From Octopus sinensis (taxonomy: Eukaryota), in assembly GCF_006345805.1 (NCBI RefSeq), contig NC_043011.1, forward strand, positions 19,294,464 through 19,358,463: DNA of 64,000 nt, in the 5' to 3' direction. Shown here one piece after another: positions 63,919-64,000 of the stretch (positions within the stretch are counted from its first letter, which is position 1; every line of letters starts with the position of its first letter). The position numbers were made by a program, and so were the translations under genes. The notes below the pieces were generated by a model. The model ran no database searches. It was given only the letters and a program-made list of their open reading frames with translations, and was not told where the DNA came from.

Positions 63919-64000
63919 AGTTAACAAGAATTGTATTGGCATTTATACATTTAGGCAGGTTTAAAGGGGTGGTGGTGGGGGACTTTTTGGGGGTAGGCAT

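Overview
AT-rich, microsatellite-saturated eukaryotic intronic/intergenic DNA. The repeat families look like a coleoid cephalopod, most likely Octopus (inferred from family recognition, not a database search). I found no intact, confidently identifiable protein-coding gene, rRNA, true tRNA or CRISPR array. Most ORFs in the supplied track are microsatellite read-throughs or transposon remnants. The window holds degenerate LINEs (R4/Dong-type RLE, CR1-group, RTE), three Tc1/mariner remnants, a Merlin-like DNA transposon with TIRs and an 8-bp TSD, several tRNA-derived SINE families, and a Penelope-like element (PLE; RT + C-terminal GIY-YIG). The most notable signal is invisible to the ORF track: at least five sequence-distinct minimal type-I hammerhead ribozyme (HHR) motifs in PLE-type terminal repeats. 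Most have loop-less palindromic stem III (dimer type) and most abut (TA)n tracts. One non-coding family joins a tRNA-derived Pol III head, an (AAT)n spacer and a hammerhead tail. One copy of it has a PLE-style inverted 5' segment and another sits directly behind the PLE ORF, suggesting a PLE-mobilised ribozyme SINE. Also flagged: a pre-miRNA-like hairpin, a ~715-bp tandem array, foldback structures, and a possible frameshifted signal-peptide exon. All structures and translations were derived by eye; repeat boundaries are approximate unless TIRs/TSDs are quoted.
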